Shown: positions 26,005 through 36,637, counted from the stretch's first letter. The stretch is DNA of 64,000 bases from an uncultured Elusimicrobia bacterium (GCA_947306425.1 CAMZGO010000008.1:105-64104), one strand, 5' to 3'. Numbers and translations: made by a program. The notes: generated by a model from the sequence alone, not told the origin.

Positions 26005-27228
26005 TTATTTTAAAATTTTACCATCACTTTCTTTAATTAAAATTTCTTCCAAACTTCCGGCTTCCTTTGCTGCAGCAGTTCTATACCATAAATTACCTGA
26101 AGTACGGCCGGAATTTTTTGTCTCAAATAACACTTCTTCCTTTTGCCCGATGCGGCTTTTATAAGCAAGGGAAGAACACTCCCTAATTTCATTTAACAAA
26201 ATATTTAAACGATTTTCCACCATTTCTTGCGCAATTTCTTTAAGTTCCGCTGCCGGGGTGCCGGCCCTCGGCGAGAATTTAAAACAATATGCAAAACTAA
26301 AACCGCATTTTTTAACAAGATTTAAGGTTTGTTTAAAGTCCTCATCTGTTTCCGTAGGATACCCTACAATAATATCTGTACTTATTAAAAAACCAAGTTG
26401 TTTTAAATTTTTTACTATATTATAATATTCTTCAGCGGTATAGAGGCGTTTCATATCTTTTAAAACTTTTGTACTTCCGCTTTGTAAAGGCAGATGTAAA
26501 TGCCTTGCAATTTTTTTATTATCTTGCACAACTTTATAAAAATCATCTTTAATAAAAACAGGATGAGGGCTTAAAAAGCGCACGCGTTTAACTTCCGGTA
26601 TTTTACATACTTCTTCAAGCAGTTTTGTAAAGGTAAAACCCTTATAATTATAGGCATTTACCGTCTGCCCAAGAAGCATAATTTCAGGAGATTTCTTTGA
26701 TTTTATTCGGCAATTTTCCAAAATAATTTCAGGCGGAATTGATTGTGCTTCGCCCCTAACATAAGGAACTATACAGTAAGAACACTTACAACTGCAGCCG
26801 CGCATAATACTTACTTGTGCAGTAATCTTCTTATTTTCATCTTCCGGCACAATTTTAACATTTAAAGGTTTGAATAAAGAACTGTTTTCTAAAATTGTCG
26901 GAAACTTTTCAAGAGACTTTGCCCCACATACTATATCTGCCTGCGGGAAACGTTTTTTAACTGCCTTGCCAAGGCGTTCCGCCGCACAACCTGCAAAAAT
27001 AATTTTACGGTCTTGTTTTTCCCCTTTCCATTTTTCCAGACGTCCAAGATAAGATAAAGCGCGGTGCTCGGCGTGGTCCCTAATAGTACAAGTATTAATT
27101 AAGACTAAATCGGCCTCATTTAAGACCGTTGTTTGCTGATAACCGAAACCAAACAAATGAAGCAGCATCTCTTCGGAGTCTGCTTCATTCATTTGGCAAC
27201 CGTAATTTTTAAGATAAACCTTTTTCAA
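26005..27228 (-). CDS. miaB: MiaB-family radical-SAM methylthiotransferase
   Basis: N-terminal YGCQMNEADSE, radical-SAM CKCSYC cluster and a TRAM-like C terminus. miaA is two genes downstream. Confidence 0.82.
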   Translation of the reverse strand: MKKVYLKNYGCQMNEADSEEMLLHLFGFGYQQTTVLNEADLVLINTCTIRDHAEHRALSYLGRLEKWKGEKQDRKIIFAGCAAERLGKAVKKRFPQADIVCGAKSLEKFPTILENSSLFKPLNVKIVPEDENKKITAQVSIMRGCSCKCSYCIVPYVRGEAQSIPPEIILENCRIKSKKSPEIMLLGQTVNAYNYKGFTFTKLLEEVCKIPEVKRVRFLSPHPVFIKDDFYKVVQDNKKIARHLHLPLQSGSTKVLKDMKRLYTAEEYYNIVKNLKQLGFLISTDIIVGYPTETDEDFKQTLNLVKKCGFSFAYCFKFSPRAGTPAAELKEIAQEMVENRLNILLNEIRECSSLAYKSRIGQKEEVLFETKNSGRTSGNLWYRTAAAKEAGSLEEILIKESDGKILK

Positions 27229-27232
27229 TTTA

Positions 27233-27652
27233 TTATAAAGTAACTTTGAATTTGCGTTTTGCGGTTTGTTCTTCTTTACCGTCTACATAAGCTTTTGCTT
27301 CAAGGCAAAAATTACCGGTATTAAAATTCCACCAATCAAACCACCAATAACCATTTGCTTGACGGCAATTTTGCCATTCACCGCCGTTAATTGAAACCTG
27401 CATAGCGGAACAAGGCTTACGTGAACCTAAGCGGAAACAATAATGCCCGCAATAGACGGTTTCATTATTTTGAGGATAGTCAATACAAATATTTTTGCAA
27501 TTTGTTTTTTTGGTTTGTCTGACATTTTTGCAAGACATTTTTTTAGTATTAACCCCTGAATTCGCAACCAAAACATCTCCCTTTGAATTTAATTGTCTTG
27601 TTTTAGCTGTTGCTTTTTTAGTTTTTGTTTTTCTTGTTTTTGTTAATAACAT
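27233..27652 (-). CDS. hypothetical protein (basic N-terminal tail, Trp/Cys-rich beta-type C-terminal domain)
   Basis: ORF embedded in the operon. No motif recognised. Confidence 0.5.
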   Translation of the reverse strand: MLLTKTRKTKTKKATAKTRQLNSKGDVLVANSGVNTKKMSCKNVRQTKKTNCKNICIDYPQNNETVYCGHYCFRLGSRKPCSAMQVSINGGEWQNCRQANGYWWFDWWNFNTGNFCLEAKAYVDGKEEQTAKRKFKVTL

Positions 27653-27662
27653 ACTTCCTCCA

Positions 27663-29288
27663 TTAAAAAGTATTCAATAATTCTTTTAACGCACCTAAAT
27701 TATCTGCCGGCAAATGTATTTTAATGACGCGCCTTCCCTTTTCTTCAAGCGCCCTAAAATCTGCTAATGCTTGTGCCTGAACAAGATCATTAAAGGTATA
27801 TGGTTGGTTAGGTATAGCGGCATCTTCTTTGACTTCGGATGAAAATATGATGAAAATACCTTTACCGGAATCACCTTTGAATAATTGCCCTGTTGAATGT
27901 AAATAACGCGGTCCATAACCAAATACAGATGCATGGTGTGTTGTTTTAAATATATTTTGCCTTATTTCTTCAAATACTGCGGTAAGTTCCGGGCTTTCCG
28001 GTAAATAGGCAAGAAGGGCGAAATAATCTTTCCCGTTAGTAAGTTTGGCAATATCAGAAAATAAATATTTTCTTGAAATTTCCCCTTCCAAGTTTTTAGA
28101 AACCAAAAATTCTGCTTTGGCTGCTTCATCTTTTTTACCTTCCGCAAGAGAAGATAAAATATTTTTAGTTATCGTTTTAGAAAGCTGAACGTTTGGTTGG
28201 TCAAAAGGATTAATCTTCATTATTGCACCGGCAGCCGCAGTAGCAATTTCCCAGAATAAAAATTGTGCACCTATTTGATATTTATTATCGACATTAACTT
28301 CCATGTAAGGAACAGCTTTAAAATGTTTTTTAGGTGTTTCACCTTGATAGTTTAGAGCGACGAAAACCCTATCTTCCAAATATTCTTTTTCAGGTTCGGC
28401 CTCTTGGCATACTACGGGAAGAATTCCTTTCTTTTCCTTTCCTGTGGACTCTGCGACAAGCTGCTCTACCCACAAACCGAAAACTGCAAATTCTTTGGGC
28501 ATAATCAAGGTAAGTTTATCTCTGCCGTTAAGTGCTGCTTGCCCCATCAAAGCACCTAAGATAAGGGCAGGATTATCTTCTGAATTTTGGAAAATATCAC
28601 CTGCTTCTTTAGCTATCATTAAAAGTTTTTCAATATCTATTCCGGCTAATGCAGCAGGTACCATACCAAACAAAGAAAGTGCTGAAAAACGCCCGCCGAT
28701 ATCAGCTTTGTTTATGAAAATTTTTCTAAATTTTTTCTCTGTTGCAAGTTTTACTAATCCGGTATCAGGGTCGGTTATCGCTATAAAATTTTCCCCGGCA
28801 TTTTGTTTTTTAGCTGATAGTAAGCCGTAAAAATACGCGAACTGTGATGAGGGTTCTACTGTTCCGCCGGATTTGCTTGCAAATATAAACAATGTTTTTT
28901 CAAGGTCAATTTTAGAGGTTACCTTAGCTATATGTTCCGGGTTTGTGGTATCCAAAACATATAAAGAGGGATATCCCTCTTGTTTACCGAATATAACACG
29001 CATAACCTCCGGTGCCAAACTTGAACCGCCCATACCCATTAAAACAACGGAAGTAAAATCTTTTTTGATTTCTTGTGCAAATGCATTAATCTCCGGAACT
29101 TTTGCCAAAGTCCAATCATAAACGTTGGTCCACCCCAGAGAGTTATTTATGATTTTTGTATGTTCTTCTTCCTTTTTCCACAATGTAGCATCGTGCTTAT
29201 AGAAGCGTTCCTTAAAATTTAACGCTTTTAGTTTTTTAAAGCCCTCCTCAACTAAGAGTTGGGATTGTTCATTTAAATTTATTTGCAT
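27663..29288 (-). CDS. pgi: glucose-6-phosphate isomerase
   Basis: LMGMGGSSLAPEV and DIGGRFSALS motifs. 541 aa. Confidence 0.87.
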   Translation of the reverse strand: MQINLNEQSQLLVEEGFKKLKALNFKERFYKHDATLWKKEEEHTKIINNSLGWTNVYDWTLAKVPEINAFAQEIKKDFTSVVLMGMGGSSLAPEVMRVIFGKQEGYPSLYVLDTTNPEHIAKVTSKIDLEKTLFIFASKSGGTVEPSSQFAYFYGLLSAKKQNAGENFIAITDPDTGLVKLATEKKFRKIFINKADIGGRFSALSLFGMVPAALAGIDIEKLLMIAKEAGDIFQNSEDNPALILGALMGQAALNGRDKLTLIMPKEFAVFGLWVEQLVAESTGKEKKGILPVVCQEAEPEKEYLEDRVFVALNYQGETPKKHFKAVPYMEVNVDNKYQIGAQFLFWEIATAAAGAIMKINPFDQPNVQLSKTITKNILSSLAEGKKDEAAKAEFLVSKNLEGEISRKYLFSDIAKLTNGKDYFALLAYLPESPELTAVFEEIRQNIFKTTHHASVFGYGPRYLHSTGQLFKGDSGKGIFIIFSSEVKEDAAIPNQPYTFNDLVQAQALADFRALEEKGRRVIKIHLPADNLGALKELLNTF

Positions 29289-29304
29289 AAGAACCTCTCA
29301 CTAT

Positions 29305-29760
29305 CTACCTAAAATTTTTAACTTCCACTTCCAAAACTTTTTTGATACGTTTCACATGGCGTTCCTCTTGGCCTTTATTCGTTGCCGTTAGAAAGGCCTC
29401 CGCCAATAATGCTGCTTGCTGCGGCGAAATCACACGCCCGCCAAGGCACAAAATATTCATATTATCGTGTGTTACGCCTTGTGCAGCGGTATAAATATCA
29501 TGTGCCACACTTGCATAAATACCTTTAAATTTATTGGCCGTAATACAAACACCTACACCGCTGCCGCACATTAAAATTCCGCGCTGGGCCTTGCCTGAAA
29601 TTATTGCTTCCGCTACTTTAATTGCAAAATCCGGATAATCAACACTATCTTCGGAATTGGTACCAAAATCAAGCACCTCAAAACCAAGTTGTTTAATTTT
29701 TTCAACTATTGCTTGTTTTAGGACAAAACCACCGTGATCACAACCAAGGGCAACTATCAT
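29305..29760 (-). CDS. rpiB: ribose-5-phosphate isomerase B
   Basis: MIVALGCDHGG...MCGSGVGVCITANK pattern. Confidence 0.92.
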   Translation of the reverse strand: MIVALGCDHGGFVLKQAIVEKIKQLGFEVLDFGTNSEDSVDYPDFAIKVAEAIISGKAQRGILMCGSGVGVCITANKFKGIYASVAHDIYTAAQGVTHDNMNILCLGGRVISPQQAALLAEAFLTATNKGQEERHVKRIKKVLEVEVKNFR

Positions 29761-30317
29761 TATAACTCCTTTTCCACTAACTCACAAAGAGTATGACCGA
29801 TAAATATATGACACTCTTGTATACGCGGAGTATTGTTTGATTTAACAATTATAGGTAAATCTACAATATCCTTAATGGTTCCGCCGCTTTTACCCAAAAA
29901 AGCTGCAGTGTAACAATTCATTTTTTTAGCAAGTTCAAGGGCTTTGTAAACATTAGCACTATTGCCTGAAGTGGAAATACCTATAATCACATCCCCCGCC
30001 TTTGCAAAGCCTTCTATTTGGCGGGAAAAGGTATAATCGTACCCATAATCATTACCGATAGCAGTTAAACTTGATGTATTGGTATTTAAAGCAAGGGCAG
30101 GGTAACTTCTGCGTTCTTTTTTATATCGGCCGACGAATTCAGCAGCAATATGCTGGGCATCGCCCGCGCTGCCGCCGTTACCCATTAAAATCACTTTTCC
30201 TCCTGCTTTTAAAGATTTTACTACTTCCGCTGCTAATTTATCAATTTGAGGGCCTAAATTTTCCCCCACATAGGTTAAGACTTCTATCAGTTCTTTCGTT
30301 TGCTGTTTGGTAAACAT
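29760..30317 (-). CDS. gmhA: SIS-domain D-sedoheptulose-7-phosphate isomerase
   Basis: GNGGSAGDAQHIAAEF and ISTSGNSANV motifs. Confidence 0.85.
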   Translation of the reverse strand: MFTKQQTKELIEVLTYVGENLGPQIDKLAAEVVKSLKAGGKVILMGNGGSAGDAQHIAAEFVGRYKKERRSYPALALNTNTSSLTAIGNDYGYDYTFSRQIEGFAKAGDVIIGISTSGNSANVYKALELAKKMNCYTAAFLGKSGGTIKDIVDLPIIVKSNNTPRIQECHIFIGHTLCELVEKEL

Positions 30318-30325
30318 AAAATCTC

Positions 30326-31051
30326 CTAAATAACCTCAATATTCTTTTTAGGCACCCAATTAAAAGCACCTTCGCTGCCTACTGATACTTCATACCAATC
30401 CCCTTTTTTGTCGTGCACTTCCAAAAGTTGTGCTCTGGGAACATTTAAAGCAACCGGGAAATTTTCCGAAGGTCCGCTTCTTAACTCAGCCCTTGGTGCA
30501 GTTACTACAGCCAAATTCTGCACATCTTTTTTTACTCTTAAAAGGTAAAAGCAAGTAAAAAACAAGGTTGAACATAAACTAACAACTGCTATCTTAACCA
30601 GAAAGGGCCTATACTTAAAAGATAGCATAAAAGTAGATACAATAGCAAATAACCACAAACTAATGAAGGCAAGTCCCTTTAATTCTTGTAAGGAAAAGTA
30701 ATGATAAATTAAAAATATACTTCTTGGCATATTTTCCGGTATCAAATTTTGGCCGGTTTTTTGCAAGGTAAAAGATAAGTTGTTTATTATATCTTTATCT
30801 CTTGGATTTAGCCGAAAAGCACGATAATAGTTCACAAGAGCTTTATCTAAATCCCCCGCTTTAAAGTAACTGTTTGCGAGGTTATAATAGGCATAACTAT
30901 CTTTTGGAAATGCTGTAATCTGCTTTTGATACTCAACAGCAGCAGCAAGGTAATTGCCTTCGTTAAATAAGTCTTGAGCAGTTTTTGTTTGCCCTTGTGC
31001 AAAACAAAAAAGTGATAAAAAAAGTGATATGAACGTCAAAAAGTATTTCAT
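30326..31051 (-). CDS. batE: BatE-like TPR + SH3b protein
   Basis: Signal peptide, TPR units, a TM segment and a C-terminal SH3b-like GDWYEVSV. It is the last gene of the Bat cluster. Confidence 0.65.
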   Translation of the reverse strand: MKYFLTFISLFLSLFCFAQGQTKTAQDLFNEGNYLAAAVEYQKQITAFPKDSYAYYNLANSYFKAGDLDKALVNYYRAFRLNPRDKDIINNLSFTLQKTGQNLIPENMPRSIFLIYHYFSLQELKGLAFISLWLFAIVSTFMLSFKYRPFLVKIAVVSLCSTLFFTCFYLLRVKKDVQNLAVVTAPRAELRSGPSENFPVALNVPRAQLLEVHDKKGDWYEVSVGSEGAFNWVPKKNIEVI

Positions 31052-32886
31052 TTAATCTCCTTTTCCAAAGCAGAAAGTAAGGACAAAAGTTTTTGCTTTT
31101 CTTCTTTTATGCTTTTACCGGAACCTACAATGGTAACCGGCGCATATTTTAACATGGCAAGATGTTTCCAACAAGACGTTAATTTACTTGTTAAAGAAGC
31201 ACTTAAATTTAATTTTTTACATACTTCTTCTATACTCATCAAACCGATTTGGGAACCCATTTTAGCTTCCAGATAATCTTGTAAAATTTCGGGTAACCGG
31301 TCAGTTTTATCAGCGATTTTTATACTTTTTTTAGCCTTTAAATAATATTTTAGGCCGCCGGTTAAAGAAATTTCGCCTTTCCTAATCAAAGCAATTAAAA
31401 ATGCAATCAAAACTAAAACAAAAGCATAATAATTATTATTACCGAAATCTGCAACATACAAAACGAATTTATTAAAGGAGCTTTGCGGCAAATGTTTCAA
31501 ATAACTTATATCAGTAGTTAAATGCTGTATTTGATTGGTTGTATCCCCACCATTATTAGAAGAAAAAGATAAGGTTTTAGAATTTTCTACCGCGGGCGGT
31601 AAAACTTTTATTGGCAAAGGCTCCGTATGTATAGTTTTATAAGTTTTTGAATCAATATCAAAATAAGAAAAATTAATTTTCGGTATAGTGTAAGAACCGG
31701 AAGCGCGCGGAACAATAACCGTTTTATAAATCTTCAAACCGTTTATTCTACCTGAAGCAATTGTATTTTTTAAGTCAGAAGATGTTTCATAAATTCTAAA
31801 ACTAGGCCCTAAATCAGGTAAAGCAATATCTTTTACTGCAGCCAAATTACCTGTACCCATCACAACAATATTCAAAGTGATAGGTTCGCCTGCGGCTACT
31901 TTGTAAGTATCTAAAGAAGATGTTATTTTAAAATTTGTCCCCACCGCGCCATAAAAACTTGCCGGTTTATTTTTAGAGGGTAAAGGCAAAATATCAACAA
32001 ATAAAATATCACTTTCAACTTTATGGGACTGCCCGCCGTTTGCGCCCCTAAAAAAGACATCAAAAGCATCAAAAAACCCCTCGGAAGATGTGTAAGTTAC
32101 GGATGCTGAGCCAATTTCAGCTACACCGCTGACTAAACCAAAAAGCGCACTTTCTATTTCTGTATAATAATAGGTTTTATTGCCAAAATGCTCTTGCCCT
32201 TGTCTTGTTGCAAGGTCCTCTGAAAACATACCTTTTAATTGCGGTTTATCGTACATCGGCTGGCCCAAAGTATTTTGCGACTGATAAAACCTTATTTTTA
32301 AAGTAACTTGTTCATTTATATAAGCCTTCTTGGTATTTGTTTCAGCGGTCATAAAAAAATTCGGCAGTTTGGCATTAGGATTATATCCGTTATCTTCAAG
32401 TTTGGATTTTTTTTGATTGGTTCGTTCCTGTTCTTGCTGTTGGGTTTGGGCTTGGGTGCGGGGTGCAGACGGGGTTTGCCTGGAAATTTCAACCTCTATC
32501 GGTTCTGTGGAATAATTTTTACCCGCTACCTGAACCGTAAAAGCCCCAATAGTTGTTTTACCGGCAAAACGGGGTGTCAAGATATAATTGAATTGCATCA
32601 AAGCGGATACTTTCCCGTTTATCATATTAACTTGGCGGCTTTGACCTGCGGAGTAAATATTAAAATTTGGCAAAGACGGCATCTGAGGATTTTCAATATT
32701 AGTAGAAGGAGCACTTACATAAACCGTAAGATTAATTTCTTCTTCTAAAGTTAAAGTTGTTGTGTTTACCTCAGCCCTAACTTCCACTTGGGCCTTCAAA
32801 TTAGAAACACAAATCACAAAAAGAACACTGCTTATTAAAAGTGTTTTAAAAATACTCCGAAGTGAAATATTACCAATCCTTTTCAA
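31048..32886 (-). CDS. batD: BatD-like oxygen-tolerance protein
   Basis: The listed ORF runs to 33135, but that extension is a K/N-rich out-of-frame read through batC. An in-frame TTG at 32886 lies 8 nt after an AAAGGAG RBS and gives a normal signal peptide (LKRIGNISLRSIFKTLLISSVLFVIC). Confidence 0.72.
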   Translation of the reverse strand: MKRIGNISLRSIFKTLLISSVLFVICVSNLKAQVEVRAEVNTTTLTLEEEINLTVYVSAPSTNIENPQMPSLPNFNIYSAGQSRQVNMINGKVSALMQFNYILTPRFAGKTTIGAFTVQVAGKNYSTEPIEVEISRQTPSAPRTQAQTQQQEQERTNQKKSKLEDNGYNPNAKLPNFFMTAETNTKKAYINEQVTLKIRFYQSQNTLGQPMYDKPQLKGMFSEDLATRQGQEHFGNKTYYYTEIESALFGLVSGVAEIGSASVTYTSSEGFFDAFDVFFRGANGGQSHKVESDILFVDILPLPSKNKPASFYGAVGTNFKITSSLDTYKVAAGEPITLNIVVMGTGNLAAVKDIALPDLGPSFRIYETSSDLKNTIASGRINGLKIYKTVIVPRASGSYTIPKINFSYFDIDSKTYKTIHTEPLPIKVLPPAVENSKTLSFSSNNGGDTTNQIQHLTTDISYLKHLPQSSFNKFVLYVADFGNNNYYAFVLVLIAFLIALIRKGEISLTGGLKYYLKAKKSIKIADKTDRLPEILQDYLEAKMGSQIGLMSIEEVCKKLNLSASLTSKLTSCWKHLAMLKYAPVTIVGSGKSIKEEKQKLLSLLSALEKEIK

Positions 32887-33553
32887 TTTGATTACTCCTT
32901 TGCTCTTGTTTAGGTAAATCCTGTTTATGTTCCTGTGCCATTTGCAAAACACTTGCGGCTTCTTCTTTGGCAGAAGTTTCTTTTTCCTTTTGCTCTTGTT
33001 TTTCTTGTTCTTGTTGTTTTTGGTCTTGTTTTTGTTTATTTTGATTTTGCTTATCTTGGTTTTGTTGTTTATCTTGTTTATTATCTTGATCTTTTTGAGG
33101 ATTTTGTTTCTGCTGCTGGCTTTGCTTTTGTGCATTTTCCTCTTTTAACATAAATTGTAAATTCTGTTTCGCATCTTTATCCTTCAAATTCAATAATATG
33201 GCTGCCCGCATAGCCTGTTTAGCACCCTCTTTATCACCTGCCTTATATGCGGAATTACCCAAATTATACAAAGCATTTTGATTTAAAGAAGCTTCCTGCT
33301 TATTTTTAGGGGCCGGCACTAAAGCATTTTCAAAGGCAGAAGATGCAGCCCCATAATCTTGAAGCCTATACAAAGCCGTACCACTATTGTAAGATGCTTC
33401 CGAAGGGGCTTTTTCCGATGCTTTTTCATAAAGTTCAAAAGCCTTGCCGAATTTACCTTCATCATATGCTTTATTGCCTTGCCTTAAAGTTGAATTTTGG
33501 GCAAATAAAGGTAAACTTAAAAATATAAAGATGAAAGTTAAAAATGTTCTCAT
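32870..33553 (-). CDS. batC: BatC-like TPR protein with Q/K/E-rich low-complexity tail
   Basis: Signal peptide and TPR units. Its position lies between batB and batD. Confidence 0.68.
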   Translation of the reverse strand: MRTFLTFIFIFLSLPLFAQNSTLRQGNKAYDEGKFGKAFELYEKASEKAPSEASYNSGTALYRLQDYGAASSAFENALVPAPKNKQEASLNQNALYNLGNSAYKAGDKEGAKQAMRAAILLNLKDKDAKQNLQFMLKEENAQKQSQQQKQNPQKDQDNKQDKQQNQDKQNQNKQKQDQKQQEQEKQEQKEKETSAKEEAASVLQMAQEHKQDLPKQEQRSNQIEKDW

Positions 33554-33555
33554 AA

Positions 33556-34560
33556 CTATATTTTACCTTTTCTTACAGGCAGGCACAAAGCCCCCATAAT
33601 TAAAATTATAGCAAGTGCAAGCGGTATTTGATAGCGGGTTTTATAAACAACGGTATCGGTCGTTTTAGTAAGGCTCTTATCTAAAGAACGAAGTTGTACT
33701 GCAATACTGTCTGCTACTTGCTGCGCGCTAGTATACTTTATATAGGCCCCGCCTGTCTTAGAGGCAAGGTCTATTAATGTCTTTTCATCTAATTTAGTTA
33801 AAACCGTTTTGCCTGTTTTATCTTTTTTATATTCTGTTCCGGAAGATGTCTTAATCGGTATAAGTTCCCCCTCTTCCGTACCTATACCTACAGATATTAT
33901 TTTTATTCCGGCTTCCCTTGCGGTTTTAAGGGCATCTTCTATATCTTGCGGGTTATGGTCTTCTCCGTCGGTAACAAGTACAAGCGCCTTTACGCCGCTG
34001 TAAGGGCCGAGCATACGCGCGGCAAGGTTTATAGTCGGCGATAACGCAGTACCTGTTATGGGAAGCATATTTATTTTTAATTGCTCGCTTAAATTTTTAA
34101 GTGCATTTAAATCGGTCGTAATAGGGCAAAGCATATATGCCTGAGAAGTAAAAGCAATCAAACCAAGACGTTCTTGTGTAATTTCCTCAAAAAGCATTTT
34201 CAGCATAGTTTTTGCATTTGCAAGACGGTTCGGTTTAAAATCCTGTGCCTGCATTGACAGGGAAACATCCAAAGCAATTACTGCTTGAGAGTATACTGCA
34301 ACATTTTCACGCCTTTCTTTTCCCCATTGGAGCCCGGCTAAAGCAATAAATAAACAGAAAACACCGCTTAAAAATAAGATATCTTTTAAACGCCTTCTGA
34401 ATTTAAATTCCGGCGGTGTTAAAAGGGAAAAATTTGTTTTAGAAAAGAGCGTTGACAACACTGATTTCCGACGCAAAAAACCAAGCCGCCAAAAAAATGC
34501 TATCAAAATTGCGGTTAAGATTAAATAAAAAAATATTTTTATATTTGCAAACAGTTCCAT
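33556..34560 (-). CDS. batB: BatB-like von Willebrand factor A domain membrane protein
   Basis: N-terminal TMs and a VWA MIDAS motif (LDVSLSM). Confidence 0.83.
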   Translation of the reverse strand: MELFANIKIFFYLILTAILIAFFWRLGFLRRKSVLSTLFSKTNFSLLTPPEFKFRRRLKDILFLSGVFCLFIALAGLQWGKERRENVAVYSQAVIALDVSLSMQAQDFKPNRLANAKTMLKMLFEEITQERLGLIAFTSQAYMLCPITTDLNALKNLSEQLKINMLPITGTALSPTINLAARMLGPYSGVKALVLVTDGEDHNPQDIEDALKTAREAGIKIISVGIGTEEGELIPIKTSSGTEYKKDKTGKTVLTKLDEKTLIDLASKTGGAYIKYTSAQQVADSIAVQLRSLDKSLTKTTDTVVYKTRYQIPLALAIILIMGALCLPVRKGKI

Positions 34561-34566
34561 AAGCGC

Positions 34567-35694
34567 TTAAGGTATTTTAATAAAAATAAACTTCCCCCCC
34601 AAAAAAGCAAGCAAGGCAAAAAGTAAAGAAAGCCAAAGTAAATTTTGATAAGCATCCTCATAATTTAACTTTTTATCTTCGCGGTAAATTGTTTTTTCAA
34701 GTGCATTGATTTGGGTATAAATATCGTTCAGTTCGGCGGTATTTAAGGCCGTATAGGCCCGTGCACCTGTTATGTCGGCAATTTCCTGTAAAGTATTTTT
34801 TGCTTTAAGCATGTTTTCCCTGTTTGCTTTATAACTAGCTATAAGTTGATCCCGATAAGGAATATTCATTGGTAAACCGGAAATATCCCCAGCCATTAAA
34901 ATAGTGTATACTTTTATACCGTATGCAGCGGTAGCTTTAGCAGCGGCAATAGGGTCCACCGTACCGCTGTTATTTTCCCCATCCGTAACCAAAATGATAA
35001 TTTTGCTTTTTGCAATTCCGTCTTTTAAATGCTGAGTACTTACGGCTATAGCATCACCTATAGCAGTACCGCTGACGCCGCTTAACATATCCACATAAAC
35101 ATAACCCAAATATTCTTTTAGTGCAGAGTAATCCAAAGTCAAGGGGCATTGCAGCATCGCAGCACCTGAAAATACAACTATGCCAATTCTATCGCTGCTG
35201 CGGGCAGAGATAAAATCATCAACAGTCTCTTTTGCTGCAGCCATACGGTTATACAAATCCTCCGCCTTTTGGGCTTTAGTAGCCTCAAAATCAGGGGTAT
35301 TCATACTGCCGGAGACATCCAAAGTAAGCATAATATCTATTCCTTGTGTCGGCGGCGGAAGTGTTTTGCCTTCTTTTTGCGGGCGTGCAAGCGCTAAAAT
35401 AGCAAAGAATAGACATAATAATACACAAGTTAAACTAAAATATTGTGCAAGCAGGGTAGCAAAATCTTGCTGTATTTTTTGACCTGCTATAAGAGGATAT
35501 TTTACCCTCGCCCCGCCTTTAGTTTTAAGCATAAAACCCCAAAATGCCGCAAATAACCAAAGTATCAGCAAATATAAAACATTCGGGTTTGCCAATTTTT
35601 TACCATGCAAAGTAAAAAATACGCAAAGATTTAAAGCCGCAAAACACAACAAAATCAATAAAACAGGGCGCAAGTATTTAGTTATGCTTTTCAT
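34567..35694 (-). CDS. batA: BatA-like von Willebrand factor A domain membrane protein
   Basis: N-terminal TMs, a VWA MIDAS motif (LDVSGSM) and a C-terminal TM. Confidence 0.83.
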   Translation of the reverse strand: MKSITKYLRPVLLILLCFAALNLCVFFTLHGKKLANPNVLYLLILWLFAAFWGFMLKTKGGARVKYPLIAGQKIQQDFATLLAQYFSLTCVLLCLFFAILALARPQKEGKTLPPPTQGIDIMLTLDVSGSMNTPDFEATKAQKAEDLYNRMAAAKETVDDFISARSSDRIGIVVFSGAAMLQCPLTLDYSALKEYLGYVYVDMLSGVSGTAIGDAIAVSTQHLKDGIAKSKIIILVTDGENNSGTVDPIAAAKATAAYGIKVYTILMAGDISGLPMNIPYRDQLIASYKANRENMLKAKNTLQEIADITGARAYTALNTAELNDIYTQINALEKTIYREDKKLNYEDAYQNLLWLSLLFALLAFLGGKFIFIKIP

Positions 35695-36637
35695 TTCCCC
35701 CTCCTTTTAAATTATCTTTGGCTTGGTAACGGCTTAAATCTGTTTCCTTATTTTCCAAAATAATTGCTTTGGCTGTAAGCAGTGTTTTATCTCTTTCTTC
35801 CACACTTGGCACAACACGGGCGAATTTAACAAGGCCCAATTCCTGCTGAAATTTATGAAATACATTGAAATCAAATTTAAAGTCTTTTACTGTTTTTAAT
35901 TTCTTAAATAATTCGCGTGCCGTCATTTTTTGTGCTTCAAAATTAAAACGCGCAGATAGGAATTGGCGCAATATATCGGAAATTTCGGAATAATAAAGTT
36001 TATACTGATTTTTCTCCCACAAGTCACTTTGTGTTAAAATATCAAGTTGGGAGAGGGCAATCTCATGCATAGGACGTTCTTGTTTCTGATAAGGACTTAG
36101 GTTTAACGGCTGTGGTTTACTTTTTCGCTTTTTAAAATAAATAAAAGCATAAATTAAAAGCCCTATAAATAAAACAATAAATATGAACGGCCATATATTG
36201 AAAGGCCTGTATGGACCGCGGATATCAATAAGACTTGTAATTTTTGAAGATATTTCTTCAATGTCAATTTCAAGATTTTCCGTTTTTAACTTTTCACCAC
36301 CTGGGGTAATAAAACCCAAAGCAGTCAAAGTTGAGATTTGCAAATTAAGCGGTAAGACCGTTGCTTCAATTAAAAACGGGTTTTGTTTATTTGGGACTAT
36401 GGAAAGAATTTCAAAATCCTTTTGGCTGGTATTTTCCCCGTCAAAAGCAGCCGTATCTGGTAAAGTGAATGTCAATTTCAACGGCGTACCGAAAGTTGCT
36501 TTTTGTGGCTTATTATTATATTCCAAGACCTTTATATTTTCTTCCTGTTGTACAGAATCATCGGCATCTATATTTTGAGGCTGAGAAAACGCAAACAAAG
36601 GAAAAAATAAAAATACTAAAATAAAATATTTTCTCAT
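35678..36637 (-). CDS. hypothetical membrane protein, positional equivalent of the DUF4381-type gene of MoxR/Bat operons
   Basis: Signal peptide plus a central TM followed by KKRKSK. It lies between the DUF58 gene and batA. Confidence 0.55.
   Translation of the reverse strand: MRKYFILVFLFFPLFAFSQPQNIDADDSVQQEENIKVLEYNNKPQKATFGTPLKLTFTLPDTAAFDGENTSQKDFEILSIVPNKQNPFLIEATVLPLNLQISTLTALGFITPGGEKLKTENLEIDIEEISSKITSLIDIRGPYRPFNIWPFIFIVLFIGLLIYAFIYFKKRKSKPQPLNLSPYQKQERPMHEIALSQLDILTQSDLWEKNQYKLYYSEISDILRQFLSARFNFEAQKMTARELFKKLKTVKDFKFDFNVFHKFQQELGLVKFARVVPSVEERDKTLLTAKAIILENKETDLSRYQAKDNLKGGGNEKHN

Noticed and set aside
32887-33135. N-terminal 83 codons of the listed 695-aa BatD ORF
   Set aside because: - The K/N-rich sequence arises from reading the Q/K/E-rich batC tail in another frame.
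- An in-frame TTG with a strong RBS at 32886 gives a proper signal peptide.
32927-33153. Two plus-strand ORFs (73 and 72 aa) of poly-Leu/Phe composition
   Set aside because: They are antisense translation of the low-complexity batC tail and are not genes.
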